Source: Mageeibacillus sp. UBA1212
Lineage (GTDB): Bacteria > Bacillota > Clostridia > UBA1212
DNA length: 64,000 bases
Direction of reading: 5' to 3'
Assembly (NCBI GenBank): GCA_002309655.1
Contig: DBXM01000016.1
Location: 72,771 to 136,770, forward strand
A program made the translations under genes and the position numbers. The notes below the pieces were generated by a model. That model had not been told where the DNA came from and made no database searches. It saw nothing but the letters and a program-made list of their open reading frames with translations. Of this stretch, positions 18,197 through 27,365 are shown in pieces (position 1 is the first letter of the stretch; every line of letters starts with the position of its first letter).

Positions 18197-19030
18197 ATGA
18201 GCCGGAAAACAAACACAAGCTACGTTTCTTCAAAAGATACTGTTCCGCTTATTCCATCCGCGGAGATAACTCAGGCGGCGGTGGAGGCGGGAAAAATGAT
18301 ACTCGCCGCTGACGGCGTTCGCGACAAGCACGTGACCGCCAAGGAAGGCACCGCGAATTTTGTGACCGGCTACGACCTCAAGATCCAAAATTATCTCGAG
18401 GAGCGGCTCGCGCTTATCCTTCCCGGGGCAACATTTCTGGCCGAGGAAGGCGGGGATGACCTCGCAAAGCCCTCAGACGGCTTTACGTTCGTGATCGACC
18501 CGATCGACGGCACCGCCAATTTCATCCGCGGGCTTCGTAACTCGAGCGTGTCGGTCGGTCTCCTCTACGGCGGGAATCCGGTCTTCGGGTGCGTCGTGCT
18601 CCCCTACACCGGCGAGACGTTCACGGCAGAGAAAGGCCGCGGCGCTTTTGTCAACGGAAAGCCGATTAAGGTGTCGGAAAGACGCCTCAAAGACTCGATT
18701 GTTCTGTTTGGAACTTCCCCTTATTATAGGGAAGAACTCGGTGCCGCCACTGTTGAGACGCTTGGCAGTTTTTTTATGAACTGCCAGGACTTGAGGAGAC
18801 TCGGTTCGGCGGCGCAGGACCTTGTGCTGACCGCCTGCGGTAGAGGCGACGCCTTTTTCGAGCTGAGGCTGTCGCCGTGGGATATAGCCGCCGGCGCGCT
18901 GATACTTGAAGAGGCCGGCGGCGTCATTACCGACATCGAAGGCCGGCCGCTTCCGTTCGACAGGAAGACGTCCGTTCTTTGCGGCAACCCGGTCAACCAC
19001 CGGGAAATTCTGGAACTTCTGAATAAGTGA
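18197..19030 (+). CDS. Inositol monophosphatase family protein (SuhB/IMPase-like)
   Basis: The IMPase motifs FVIDPIDGTANFIRG and WDIAAGALILEEAGG are present. It is 277 aa. Confidence 0.85.
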   Translation: MSRKTNTSYVSSKDTVPLIPSAEITQAAVEAGKMILAADGVRDKHVTAKEGTANFVTGYDLKIQNYLEERLALILPGATFLAEEGGDDLAKPSDGFTFVIDPIDGTANFIRGLRNSSVSVGLLYGGNPVFGCVVLPYTGETFTAEKGRGAFVNGKPIKVSERRLKDSIVLFGTSPYYREELGAATVETLGSFFMNCQDLRRLGSAAQDLVLTACGRGDAFFELRLSPWDIAAGALILEEAGGVITDIEGRPLPFDRKTSVLCGNPVNHREILELLNK

Positions 19031-19057
19031 AGCTTTGAATTGTTTTAAGGAGATACC

Positions 19058-19861
19058 ATGGGCTCAAGAATCAAACTGATGACTTCCAACGTGTGGGCCG
19101 ACGTTTTCGGGAACCCCGTTCACCCGCGCGACAAGCTGCTCGCCGAACTCGTTCGCGAAGAGGCTCCGGACGTGCTTTTCCTGCAGGAGATGCACCCGAA
19201 CTGGCACGCGGGCAACCTGAAGCCGCTTCTCAAGGCGCTTGGCTACGCCGAGTCGCTGCCGGCGCTTCCCGAAGGTCAGGCGCTCAACTACACGCCTCTC
19301 TTTTACAAGGAGTCCCGCCTCCGCGAGCTCTCGAACGGCTTTCTGCTCTACGACGGCCTCAACGACTACGCCTCGAAGTCCGTCTCTTACGCCGAGTTCG
19401 AAATAATCCGCTCGAAAATCCGCTTCGCGGCCGCCTCAACGCACATGTATTTCGCGCAGAACGCCGAGGGCGAGAAGGCGAGAATGTCAAACGCAGCGCA
19501 GCTGGCGGATATTTCCCGGAAATTCCCTTCCGGCACGCCCTTTTTCTGCGGCGGCGACTTCAACTGCAGCGTGAATTCCCTTCCGTTCTACGAGCTCAAC
19601 AGCAGAGGCATCTGCTGCGCCTCCCTCGCGGCGAAAAAGAAAACGAACTTCATCAGAACCGACCACAAATATCCCGTTTACGACAAGGAATCGCACAGAT
19701 ACACGCCGGCGGAACTCACGCTTGAGCCCAACTGCGAGTCGATCGACCACATCGTTTTCCGCGGACCTACTGATATTCTTTCATACAAAGTCGTCACGGA
19801 CGAACGCGCGCGCATCCTGAGCGACCACTGCCCCGTTGTAATTACCGCGGCCATCGGTTAA
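19058..19861 (+). CDS. Endonuclease/exonuclease/phosphatase (EEP) family protein
   Basis: An N-terminal MTSNVW...LFLQE motif and the C-terminal SDHCPV motif typical of the EEP fold are present. Confidence 0.75.
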   Translation: MGSRIKLMTSNVWADVFGNPVHPRDKLLAELVREEAPDVLFLQEMHPNWHAGNLKPLLKALGYAESLPALPEGQALNYTPLFYKESRLRELSNGFLLYDGLNDYASKSVSYAEFEIIRSKIRFAAASTHMYFAQNAEGEKARMSNAAQLADISRKFPSGTPFFCGGDFNCSVNSLPFYELNSRGICCASLAAKKKTNFIRTDHKYPVYDKESHRYTPAELTLEPNCESIDHIVFRGPTDILSYKVVTDERARILSDHCPVVITAAIG

Positions 19862-19906
19862 AATATACGCACACAGACCTCATAACAAAACCGGAGGAAA
19901 ATTAAT

Positions 19907-20800
19907 ATGTTATACGGCAAAAAAATCAATCTTTCCGAAGACGGACGCACCTTCATGGTGCCCTACATTCTTGAAAAAAGCCCGGAAATGCCTCTCTCCG
20001 TGAAGCGTCCCGCGATGGTCGTGATTCCCGGCGGCGGCTATCAGGCGCTTTCAGACCGTGAGGCCGAGCCGATTGCGATCGCGTATTCCGCCCAGGGCTT
20101 TCAGACCTTCGTGGTCAGGTATTCCGTCGGACAGTACGCGTCGTTCCCGAATCCGCTGGTCGATCTTATGCGCGCGATGAAGATTGTTCGCGACAACGCC
20201 GAGGAATGGTGTATCGACCCGGACGCGATTTCTGTCGTGGGTTTCAGCGCCGGCGGACACCTCACCGCCTCCCTGGGAGTCTACTGGAACGACCCGGAAA
20301 TTCTCGAAAAGGCGGGCGTTAAGGCCGAAGAGGCCAAACCCAACGCGCTCGTGCTCTGCTACCCGGTTATCACCGCGGGAAGGCGCACCGACGAACCGGG
20401 AACCATCGCCACCGCCATGCAGGGGCACGAAGGCGAACCGGACATCAAAGAGAAGCTGTCCCTCGAAAAGCACGTCGGTTCCCACACGCCGCCCTGCTTC
20501 ATTGCCCACACGTACTTTGACCAGTGCGTTCCCGTCGAGAACTCCCTCGACTTCGCGCAGGCCCTCGCCGAGAACGACATCCCCTTCGAGCTCCACATAA
20601 CCCAGGACGGCGTTCACGGTCTCGCCCTCGGCGACCACCAGACCTCGATCGGCCCCTACCTCAACAACGGGGAATTCTCGCCCTGGGTCAAGAAATCCGC
20701 CGACTGGCTGAGAAGGCTCTTCGCTTACGAAGGCCCCGACGACTTCAAATACCCCTCCGCGGTCACCAGACGCAGGCATACTAACGCTTTTGTTTATTAA
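19907..20800 (+). CDS. Alpha/beta-hydrolase esterase (acetyl-esterase / BD-FAE-like)
   Basis: The G-x-S-x-G nucleophile elbow GFSAGGHL, an oxyanion-region VVIPGGGY and a downstream His (DGVHGL) are present. Confidence 0.75.
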   Translation: MLYGKKINLSEDGRTFMVPYILEKSPEMPLSVKRPAMVVIPGGGYQALSDREAEPIAIAYSAQGFQTFVVRYSVGQYASFPNPLVDLMRAMKIVRDNAEEWCIDPDAISVVGFSAGGHLTASLGVYWNDPEILEKAGVKAEEAKPNALVLCYPVITAGRRTDEPGTIATAMQGHEGEPDIKEKLSLEKHVGSHTPPCFIAHTYFDQCVPVENSLDFAQALAENDIPFELHITQDGVHGLALGDHQTSIGPYLNNGEFSPWVKKSADWLRRLFAYEGPDDFKYPSAVTRRRHTNAFVY

Positions 20801-20803
20801 TAT

Positions 20804-20860
20804 AAGCGGCGGGCGCCGTCTGAATGCATTTATTTGCGTTTACGGCGCCCGCTTCTTAAT
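20804..20860 (+). terminator. Intrinsic terminator after the suhB-EEP-esterase unit
   Basis: AAGCGGCGGGCGCCG...CGGCGCCCGCTTC forms a GC-rich stem with one bulge, followed by TTCTTAATT. Confidence 0.5.
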
Positions 20861-20952
20861 TAGGCGTATGTTTTCCTGTCAAAGGCTTTAGTGCCCGCAA
20901 AGGGGCTTAAAAATGCTACAGCGGCTTTTTAGCGCATATTATTAAGAACAGA

Positions 20953-20985
20953 ACCGGACGGCCTCAATTTAAGAAGCCGTCCGGT
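20953..20985. terminator. Bidirectional hairpin terminator downstream of mgtE
   Basis: The perfect 10-bp stem ACCGGACGGC / GCCGTCCGGT has a 13-nt loop. T-rich runs follow on both strands. Confidence 0.55.
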
Positions 20986-21022
20986 CCGCATTTTATTATG
21001 ATTGTTCAACACTTTACAGTGA

Positions 21023-22552
21023 TTAGCTGCCGAACCCCATGATCTGGATGAGCAGCACCCAGCACAGCCCGTAGTACGTCACGACAGCCACGAGGTCGTT
21101 CATTGAAGTGATCAACGGCCCTGACGCGACCGCCGGGTCGACCTTCAGTTTCTTGAAGATCAAAGGCACCAGCGTACCGACCGCGCTCGCAATCAGCATC
21201 GCGCACACGAGCGCAATTCCCGAACAGCCCGATACAGCGAACGAAAACGCCCAGGTCTGCTTCTTGAGGAAGTGGAGGTAAAGGCCCAGCGCCACGAACG
21301 AAAGCGACCCTATAATCAGGCCGTTCGTCATGCCAACTCGTACCTCCTTAAAGAACAGCTTCAGCTTCTTCTTGAAGTCGAGGTTTTCGTCGGTCAGCAC
21401 CCTGATGGTGACGGCCAGCGACTGAGTTCCCGAGTTACCGGCCATGTCCAAAATCAGCGACTGGAAGGCCATAACGATCGGCAGCGTCGAGACGACCTTC
21501 TCGAACGAGCCGACGACGGTCGAAATCACGAGGCCGAGGCCGAGCAGCACGAACAGCCACGGAAGCCTCTTCCCGAGACTCGCCTTGAGCGGTTCGTTCA
21601 GGTCCTCCTCCGCGGTCAGACCTGCGAACTTTACGTAGTCTTCGGTGAGCTCGTCGCCTACGACTTCCACAATGCTCTGCGACGTGATGACGCCTATAAT
21701 TCTGTTGTTGTTGTCGAGAACAGGAATCGAGTTCTCTGAGTAGTCGCGGAGCTTTTCGATACAGTCGTCGATTTCCTCAATACCGTAAACGTACGGGAAC
21801 GAAGTCGTCGTAATGTCCTCGAGGGGCGTTCCGTTCCTCGCAATGATGAGTTCCTTCAAATCGATAGCGCCGCAGAAAAGTCCGTCGTCGTCCACCACGT
21901 AAAGCGTCGAAATGTTGTCGTTCTTTTCGGCCTGCTCGATCAGCTCGTTCATCGCCTCTTTGACCGACAGCTTGTCGTTGATGACAATGAAGTTCGTCGT
22001 CATCTTGCTGCCTATCTGGTCGTCGTCGAACGAAGCGATCAAAGCGATGTCGTTCCTCTGCTCGTCGTCGATCAAATCAATGAGCAGGATCCGCTTCTCC
22101 TTTTCGATCTCGCGAAGGATCTCGACCGCGATATCGGTGTCCATACAGGAGAGGATCTTCGCGGCTTTGGCGACGTCCATCTCGCACAGGTAACCGGCCA
22201 CCGTGTCGCTCTCCGCGTACTCGAAAATGCCGGACAGCATGTCCGTGTCAAGAATGCGGTAGATCTTCCTCCTCTCGGCGTTGCTCAGCTGTTCGAGAAC
22301 GTCGGCGAGGTCGTTTTCGTGGTACGACTCCAGTTCGTCCTTGAGTACGCGCGGCGCGAGATTTCCCCTGATTTTAGCGATAATTTCGCTGGCGTAATCC
22401 GGCTTCTGCGCGTGTTCGGTCTCGATTGCAGGCTCGCGGTCTTCCGAATCGGTCTCCAGCAGTTCCGCGATTTCCTTCGAATCCTCGGACTCCTCGTAAT
22501 GCTCCGACGTGGGAAGACCTCTCTCTTCCTTGATTTCATTCTGCATAATCAA
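21023..22552 (-). CDS. mgtE: Magnesium transporter MgtE (N-terminal MgtE_N domain, CBS pair and C-terminal transmembrane domain)
   Basis: It is 509 aa. The acidic N-terminal domain and CBS-like middle are followed by a C-terminal hydrophobic MgtE domain (VGMTNGLIIGSLSFVALGLY...GTLVPLIFKKLKVDPAVASGPLITSMNDLVAV). Confidence 0.85.
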   Translation of the reverse strand: MIMQNEIKEERGLPTSEHYEESEDSKEIAELLETDSEDREPAIETEHAQKPDYASEIIAKIRGNLAPRVLKDELESYHENDLADVLEQLSNAERRKIYRILDTDMLSGIFEYAESDTVAGYLCEMDVAKAAKILSCMDTDIAVEILREIEKEKRILLIDLIDDEQRNDIALIASFDDDQIGSKMTTNFIVINDKLSVKEAMNELIEQAEKNDNISTLYVVDDDGLFCGAIDLKELIIARNGTPLEDITTTSFPYVYGIEEIDDCIEKLRDYSENSIPVLDNNNRIIGVITSQSIVEVVGDELTEDYVKFAGLTAEEDLNEPLKASLGKRLPWLFVLLGLGLVISTVVGSFEKVVSTLPIVMAFQSLILDMAGNSGTQSLAVTIRVLTDENLDFKKKLKLFFKEVRVGMTNGLIIGSLSFVALGLYLHFLKKQTWAFSFAVSGCSGIALVCAMLIASAVGTLVPLIFKKLKVDPAVASGPLITSMNDLVAVVTYYGLCWVLLIQIMGFGS

Positions 22553-22970
22553 CCACCTCCATTTCCTTCAGATAGAAAATGAAACAACAATTTGGAACGT
22601 TGCGCAGCCAAATGACTACCGGTCCCGGCGCTTTTGAGACGCAAAAAACAAAACATCCGCAATTCAATCTGATGAAAACCGGACGTTTTGCAGTCTGCCG
22701 TACATCGAAGCGCGCCTTCAGTTATGCCGGTGCCTTTAAATCAGTGCGCAGGGCGTGTCTTCTTTGACGAATTTCCGCCATTCATAAATGATAACGTGCC
22801 GGAATCGCCTCTGAAATGCCGACCGCGCGCCTCTTCAAAGGGGCATAAATGGTCGTCGATAGTCGTCTTACTGCTACTTCGTCCGCAACTGTCACATTCT
22901 TCCACCCTGCTCACCGTCCTTTCTATGAAAATATATGTGTTACTATAATACTTTTGAATCCTTAAATCAA
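22553..22970 (-). promoter_or_regulatory. mgtE promoter (TTGATT-17-TATAGT at plus coordinates 22942-22970) plus a leader of about 380 nt; candidate Mg2+ (M-box/ykoK) riboswitch
   Basis: The near-consensus promoter was read on the minus strand. The unusually long untranslated leader contains GGTGAG and ATCGAC segments reminiscent of the M-box. The identification is by context only: M-box riboswitches commonly precede mgtE in Firmicutes. Confidence 0.3.
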
Positions 22971-23053
22971 GCGTTTTTCAGGCGCGAAAACGTCAGAAAC
23001 CGCCTTAAATCTGCTTTAATTCTGCCGAAAGCGCCGCCAATCGTAACTAAACG

Positions 23054-25114
23054 TCACTTTTTGATCATCGCGGGCATCTTTTTGCCTTCCTTGTACGCCT
23101 CCACGTAGCTCTTCAGCATTCTGTAGTAGAGGTCGCCGTGGCCGCCTTCCATCGGCTCGATGTCGCGGCTGTATTCCTGGTTGAAATTGTCGGTGAAAAT
23201 GTAGCCCACGCCGTCCACCTTGTAGAGCTGCGCGCACCACTCGTTCCACCAGGTAACCGTGACGATCTTTGGGTGAATCTCAAAAGCGGTCTCCCACTGC
23301 TTCCTGAAGAACTTTCCGCCGTCCCTGCCGTGGGCCGTGGGCAGCGACATGTAAGTTTCCTGGGTCGCGATGTCGCAGCAGACGTGTTCCGGCGCGCCGT
23401 TCTTGTCGTACGATACCGTCTTGCTGTTGTCGATCTCGAGATACGACCACTGGCCTTCCGACGCCTTCCCGCGCAGTCCGTACATTCCCCGCACGGTCCA
23501 TTTATCGTACGTCTCCACCTCCGGGTCGTAGGTCCACTTCATGATGAACGGCTTCCCGTCCCAGTACACGAAGCAGTCCTTCCACTTCTCGACCGCCATA
23601 AAGTGCTCGTCCATATACTCGAACATGTTCTCGCTGCCCATCCAAAACACCACGTACGGAGTGCCTTTACCCTCCGCCCGCATCTCCATTATCGTGTCCA
23701 GAAGAGGAACAATCGACGACCCGATGTAGGAATTCCACGGCTCGGAGCCCGGCTTGTACCCCGGCGCTGTCGCGTAGGTCAGGTCGATTATGATGAAGTC
23801 GACGCCCGCCTCGTAAATGAGAGCCATGTTGTTCCTGATCGCGTTCTTGTCGTTGCTTCTGTAATAGCCCTGCGCCGGCTTCCCCCAGTAGTGAAAGCGC
23901 GTCACCTGGTTTTGCGTCTCGCCGGTCTTCTTGTTGACAAACCCTTCTTCGGGCGTGAAGTTGTACTCCTTCAAAAGCCTCGACACGTCCACCACGTCGC
24001 TGTCCTTAAGGGGCGTCGTTCCCTGCCCGTTGATCGCGTTGAACCAGACCGTGTAGCAGATCGAAACAATATCCTTTTTGTCGGTAATGTCGAGCCCGAG
24101 CTTGTTGTCCCCCACCGGGACCGCCTTGATTTCAGTTTCCACTTTTTTTACCCCTTTCGAGTAACCGTAAATCTTCATGTTGTCAATCGCGACGCAGCCG
24201 AGGTGCGAAAACACCGACATGTACTCGCCCTCGAAAAGCTCCGGGTCGATCTCGGCGTCGAGCACCTTCTTGCCATTTGCATTCTCTGCGACCGCCCTGC
24301 CGTTCTTCGTGTCGATGCTCAGCTTAAGATACAGCGAGCCGTTCAGAAACAGGCTGATCTCCTTGTCGGCGAGCGCGTCGCCCACGCAGATTATGTCTAT
24401 GTGAACGGGCGCTTTTAAAACATCCTTGTTAAGTGTCGAGCTCGCGTTGCCCTCCGGCCACTTCCAGTTGTCCGGGGTGGCGCAAAAAATGTTCACGCGG
24501 CCGTTCTGCGCGTTGAGCGCCAGGTAGAGGCCGTCCGACGGCGAATCCGCGATGGTTCCCACGTTTTTCTTGTAAAGGCCGAAGAACGGAGCCATCCACG
24601 CGCCGCTTCCCGACGAAGTTATCTCGCAGTCCATCGAAATCTGAACGCCTTTATAAGTTCCGTCGAAAAGCGGACTCACCGGCGCCCAGGTCGTCCACCC
24701 TCCGTTGTTCGCGGGATTTTCCGGGTCGCCGCTGTAGGGAACGTAAAGCTTCCCGCCTACGATTCCCACCGCGTCCTCGCTCCGTGCCACCGCTTCTTCG
24801 CCGCAGGTCACGTCCCCGTCCTCAAAGTCCGCCTCGAATATCACCTCGAGTCCCTGCTCGTCGCCCTTCACCGGCGTCCCGATTTTGGCGTCGTCGAACG
24901 CGTTCGTGAACGACTCGTTGCTCACAGTTTCGTAATTGACGATTCCCTCGTTGAACCGCTTCCCGCCGCTGTCTGGAGTCGCGTTTTCTCCCTGATTGTT
25001 TCCGTTGCCGGGGCCCCCGCTGTTTCTGTCGCAGCCGCTCATTATTGCGCCCGCCGCCAGCACCGAGGCTAACGCGACACATAAAATAACTTGGAAAAAT
25101 CTTCTTTTTTTCAT
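23054..25114 (-). CDS. Lipoprotein: putative glycoside hydrolase with N-terminal lectin/CBM-like domain and C-terminal TIM-barrel-like domain (family unresolved)
   Basis: A lipoprotein signal MKKRRFFQVILCVALASVLAAGAIMSGC has a lipobox. It is 686 aa. The C-terminal part has aromatic-rich, glycosidase-like strings (FIIIDLTY, TVTWWNEW). No confident family assignment was possible from sequence alone. Confidence 0.35.
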   Translation of the reverse strand: MKKRRFFQVILCVALASVLAAGAIMSGCDRNSGGPGNGNNQGENATPDSGGKRFNEGIVNYETVSNESFTNAFDDAKIGTPVKGDEQGLEVIFEADFEDGDVTCGEEAVARSEDAVGIVGGKLYVPYSGDPENPANNGGWTTWAPVSPLFDGTYKGVQISMDCEITSSGSGAWMAPFFGLYKKNVGTIADSPSDGLYLALNAQNGRVNIFCATPDNWKWPEGNASSTLNKDVLKAPVHIDIICVGDALADKEISLFLNGSLYLKLSIDTKNGRAVAENANGKKVLDAEIDPELFEGEYMSVFSHLGCVAIDNMKIYGYSKGVKKVETEIKAVPVGDNKLGLDITDKKDIVSICYTVWFNAINGQGTTPLKDSDVVDVSRLLKEYNFTPEEGFVNKKTGETQNQVTRFHYWGKPAQGYYRSNDKNAIRNNMALIYEAGVDFIIIDLTYATAPGYKPGSEPWNSYIGSSIVPLLDTIMEMRAEGKGTPYVVFWMGSENMFEYMDEHFMAVEKWKDCFVYWDGKPFIMKWTYDPEVETYDKWTVRGMYGLRGKASEGQWSYLEIDNSKTVSYDKNGAPEHVCCDIATQETYMSLPTAHGRDGGKFFRKQWETAFEIHPKIVTVTWWNEWCAQLYKVDGVGYIFTDNFNQEYSRDIEPMEGGHGDLYYRMLKSYVEAYKEGKKMPAMIKK

Positions 25115-25277
25115 TTCAAAAACTTCCCGGGTGATTGTTTGATTCAGAAATGGCTCAGCGCCGTCTGTCTGCGGTTATTATACGATTGCGCTTTGTTTTT
25201 TGCAAGCGTAAACACAGGGTCGGGTGTGTGTCTCCGGATCTTTTTCCGCTGCCGCCCCGCCTGCGCGAAAAAGTATC

Positions 25278-25306
25278 TTGAATTCGGCTTTCTTATGCGG
25301 TATAAT
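25278..25306 (+). promoter_or_regulatory. Near-consensus sigma-A promoter (TTGAAT-17-TATAAT) driving tRNA-Leu
   Basis: The -35 TTGAAT at 25278-25283, a 17-nt spacer and the -10 TATAAT at 25301-25306 sit 24 nt upstream of the mature tRNA 5' end. Confidence 0.6.
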
Positions 25307-25330
25307 AATCACCGCCGCGAAAATTCATTT

Positions 25331-25413
25331 GCCGATGTGGCGGAATTGGCAGACGCACCGCACTCAAAATGCGGCGAGAAATCGTACCGGTTCGAGTCCG
25401 GTCATCGGCACCA
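25331..25413 (+). tRNA. tRNA-Leu (anticodon CAA), class II with long variable arm, CCA encoded
   Basis: The sequence GCCGATGTGGCGGAATTGGCAGACGCACCGCACTCAAAATGCGGCGAGAAATCGTACCGGTTCGAGTCCGGTCATCGGCACCA folds as a cloverleaf. The 7-bp acceptor stem is GCCGATG/CATCGGC. The anticodon loop is CUCAAAA, giving anticodon CAA. A long variable arm and the T-loop GGTTCGAGTCC are present. Confidence 0.9.
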
Positions 25414-25419
25414 TTTGAG

Positions 25420-25454
25420 GATTCCCGTTATGCAGTTGACGGGAATCTTTTTTT
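25420..25454 (+). terminator. Intrinsic terminator immediately after tRNA-Leu
   Basis: GATTCCCGT-TATGCAGTTG-ACGGGAATC forms a 9-bp stem followed by TTTTTTT. Confidence 0.75.
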
Positions 25455-25579
25455 ATGTATAGATTTGTATGTGCCGGTTTGTATGTGCCGGCGGTTCATT
25501 CCCGCTTCATTTTTCGCTGTTCGTAACTTGAAACGCTTCGTTATTCGGAGTATAATCTTGCTTAGCGGAGGTGCAAAAT

Positions 25580-26656
25580 ATGAAAAAACGAATTTTATTC
25601 CTTATTCTCGCACTTGTTATGACTGTTGCCTGCAGCTGTGCCGCTCCGTCGGAACCCGGCGAAACACCCATAAAAACACCCGGCAAAACGAAGGCAACCG
25701 ATACACCCGAACCGGAGGCGACCCCATTTATGTACGAAAACGCAAAAAGTTACGAACTGATTCCCGACCCGACTTTTCAACGCGGCATGGCTCTTCTCAG
25801 TCAGAAAGACCACGCACACGGCGACCGGGTTGAGGTATTGGCAAAACACAGTTTCTACGGAAACGAACCTCGCGCGACCCGCTGGTCTCTCTGCCAGTGG
25901 GATTCGGGCCCCTGCCTTGTCGAGAATCTGATCGAATCCGACCCGAGCACGATCACCGACGGCAAGTCGAGAATGTTCAAGTACGAACCGTCCACCAACA
26001 CGATGACGTTCTGGCTCGACACATCTGCCTACTACCGGGGCAAGCCCGCGGTGCTCGGCGACTACTGGCCTCACCTCCTGATCGAAACCAGCGACTACAG
26101 CTACAGCTCGAAAGACCCGGACGAACAGCTTTTCTTCCGCTGCGACTCCGACGCGATAATCATTTCCTTCGACATCAAGCTTGACAAGTACTCGATCACT
26201 CCGATTGAAGGCGACTGGGTCGAAGCTGCGCAGTTCCTGCTCTACGTCTACGTCAAGGGCATCAAAACGAACGACTTCTGCTGGTTCGGCCTCCAGCTTT
26301 TCGACAACCGCTACGACCTTAGCGACAACTACATCGGCTACGACGGCGGCAAGGCGGACGCGTCCGGCGCAATGATCTTCTCGATCGGCTCCAAATACGT
26401 CTACGAGAACAGCCACAGAACCCTTTACAAGAACGGCGTTCCCGACGCCGGCGGCGACTGGGTCCACGTGTCAATCGACATCAAGCCCTTCCTCGAGCAG
26501 ATGTTCGAGCACGGCAAAAGCGAAAAATACTTTAAGGCGAAAAGCCTCAGCGAGCTCATCATCAACGGCATGAACCTCGGCTGGGAAACCATCGCCACCT
26601 TCGACCACCAGATGGAGATGCGCAACCTGAGCGTCAAATCCTACAGGACCGAATAA
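25580..26656 (+). CDS. Lipoprotein of unknown function
   Basis: The ATG at 25580 lies 6 nt after a GGAGGTG ribosome-binding site. The lipobox signal is MKKRILFLILALVMTVACSC. It is 358 aa, Trp/Tyr-rich and beta-rich, with no recognisable catalytic motif. Confidence 0.5.
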   Translation: MKKRILFLILALVMTVACSCAAPSEPGETPIKTPGKTKATDTPEPEATPFMYENAKSYELIPDPTFQRGMALLSQKDHAHGDRVEVLAKHSFYGNEPRATRWSLCQWDSGPCLVENLIESDPSTITDGKSRMFKYEPSTNTMTFWLDTSAYYRGKPAVLGDYWPHLLIETSDYSYSSKDPDEQLFFRCDSDAIIISFDIKLDKYSITPIEGDWVEAAQFLLYVYVKGIKTNDFCWFGLQLFDNRYDLSDNYIGYDGGKADASGAMIFSIGSKYVYENSHRTLYKNGVPDAGGDWVHVSIDIKPFLEQMFEHGKSEKYFKAKSLSELIINGMNLGWETIATFDHQMEMRNLSVKSYRTE

Positions 26657-26683
26657 TTCTTTGGACTTAAATTTATAGGGAGG

Positions 26684-26733
26684 GCCCGCGGCGCGTTGAT
26701 CAGCTGATTTCAAGCGACGCGGGCTTCTTTTTA
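26684..26733 (+). terminator. Two-tier hairpin terminator after the lipoprotein gene
   Basis: The outer stem GCCCGCG / CGCGGGC encloses an inner palindrome ATCAGCTGAT and is followed by TTCTTTTTA. Confidence 0.45.
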
Positions 26734-27114
26734 TCATTCCTTTTGTACCTTGCCGCTGTCCCCGTCCTTTTCGGTCGCGAACGACACGTCGCCGGAGCCG
26801 CTGTTGTCGGTCTTTTTTTCCGCCTTTTTGGCTCCGTCCCGCTTCCCTGCGCTGAACAGCGACCGCGCGGAATACGGATTTTTGTTCGTGTTCGGCGGCG
26901 TGTCCTCACTCTCCGGCAGCAGCGAAAGTATGAATGTCACAATGAACGCATGAACGAACCATAGCAAAAGAGGTATGAACACTATCCACAGCGGAAACCT
27001 AAACACAAAATACAGGATAAGGAGTATCAGGAACACCGGGATCCAGGCGCACCTGACCGCAAGATTGAACAAAAAGCTTATCCAGAACCCCGCGCTAAAA
27101 ATCTTTCTCTTCAT
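26734..27114 (-). CDS. Small integral membrane protein (two transmembrane helices) with K/D/E-rich C-terminal tail, unknown function
   Basis: The ATG at 27114 has a GGAGGG ribosome-binding site. It begins MKRKIFSAGFWISFLFNLAV...IPVFLILLILYFVFRFPLWIVFIPLLLWFVHAF. The longer track ORF (171 aa) lacks a ribosome-binding site. Confidence 0.45.
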   Translation of the reverse strand: MKRKIFSAGFWISFLFNLAVRCAWIPVFLILLILYFVFRFPLWIVFIPLLLWFVHAFIVTFILSLLPESEDTPPNTNKNPYSARSLFSAGKRDGAKKAEKKTDNSGSGDVSFATEKDGDSGKVQKE

Positions 27115-27365
27115 GGCGTCCCTCCGTTCCTTTGATTTCAAAGCTATTTTACACCAAACCGCCCGGTTCTTCAATCTCCCGCTTAACTCAAACCGTTTGA
27201 TATTTGCGCTCTTTGAGAAATCCTCTAAAAATCCCAAAATAAAGCCCAAAAATCCGTCTCGTGGTTGTCTTTAATAAGACGAAATGGTACAATTAGCATT
27301 GCAAAAAAGCAGAATTAACGAATCCGTAAGAGTCGGAAATTTCACCCTTCAGGAGGTTTTATAAA

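Noticed and set aside
22579-22948. Small plus-strand ORFs of 62 and 86 aa between mgtE and the glycosidase gene
   Set aside because: They fall within the predicted mgtE 5' leader on the opposite strand and have no ribosome-binding sites. The region is better explained as a structured leader.
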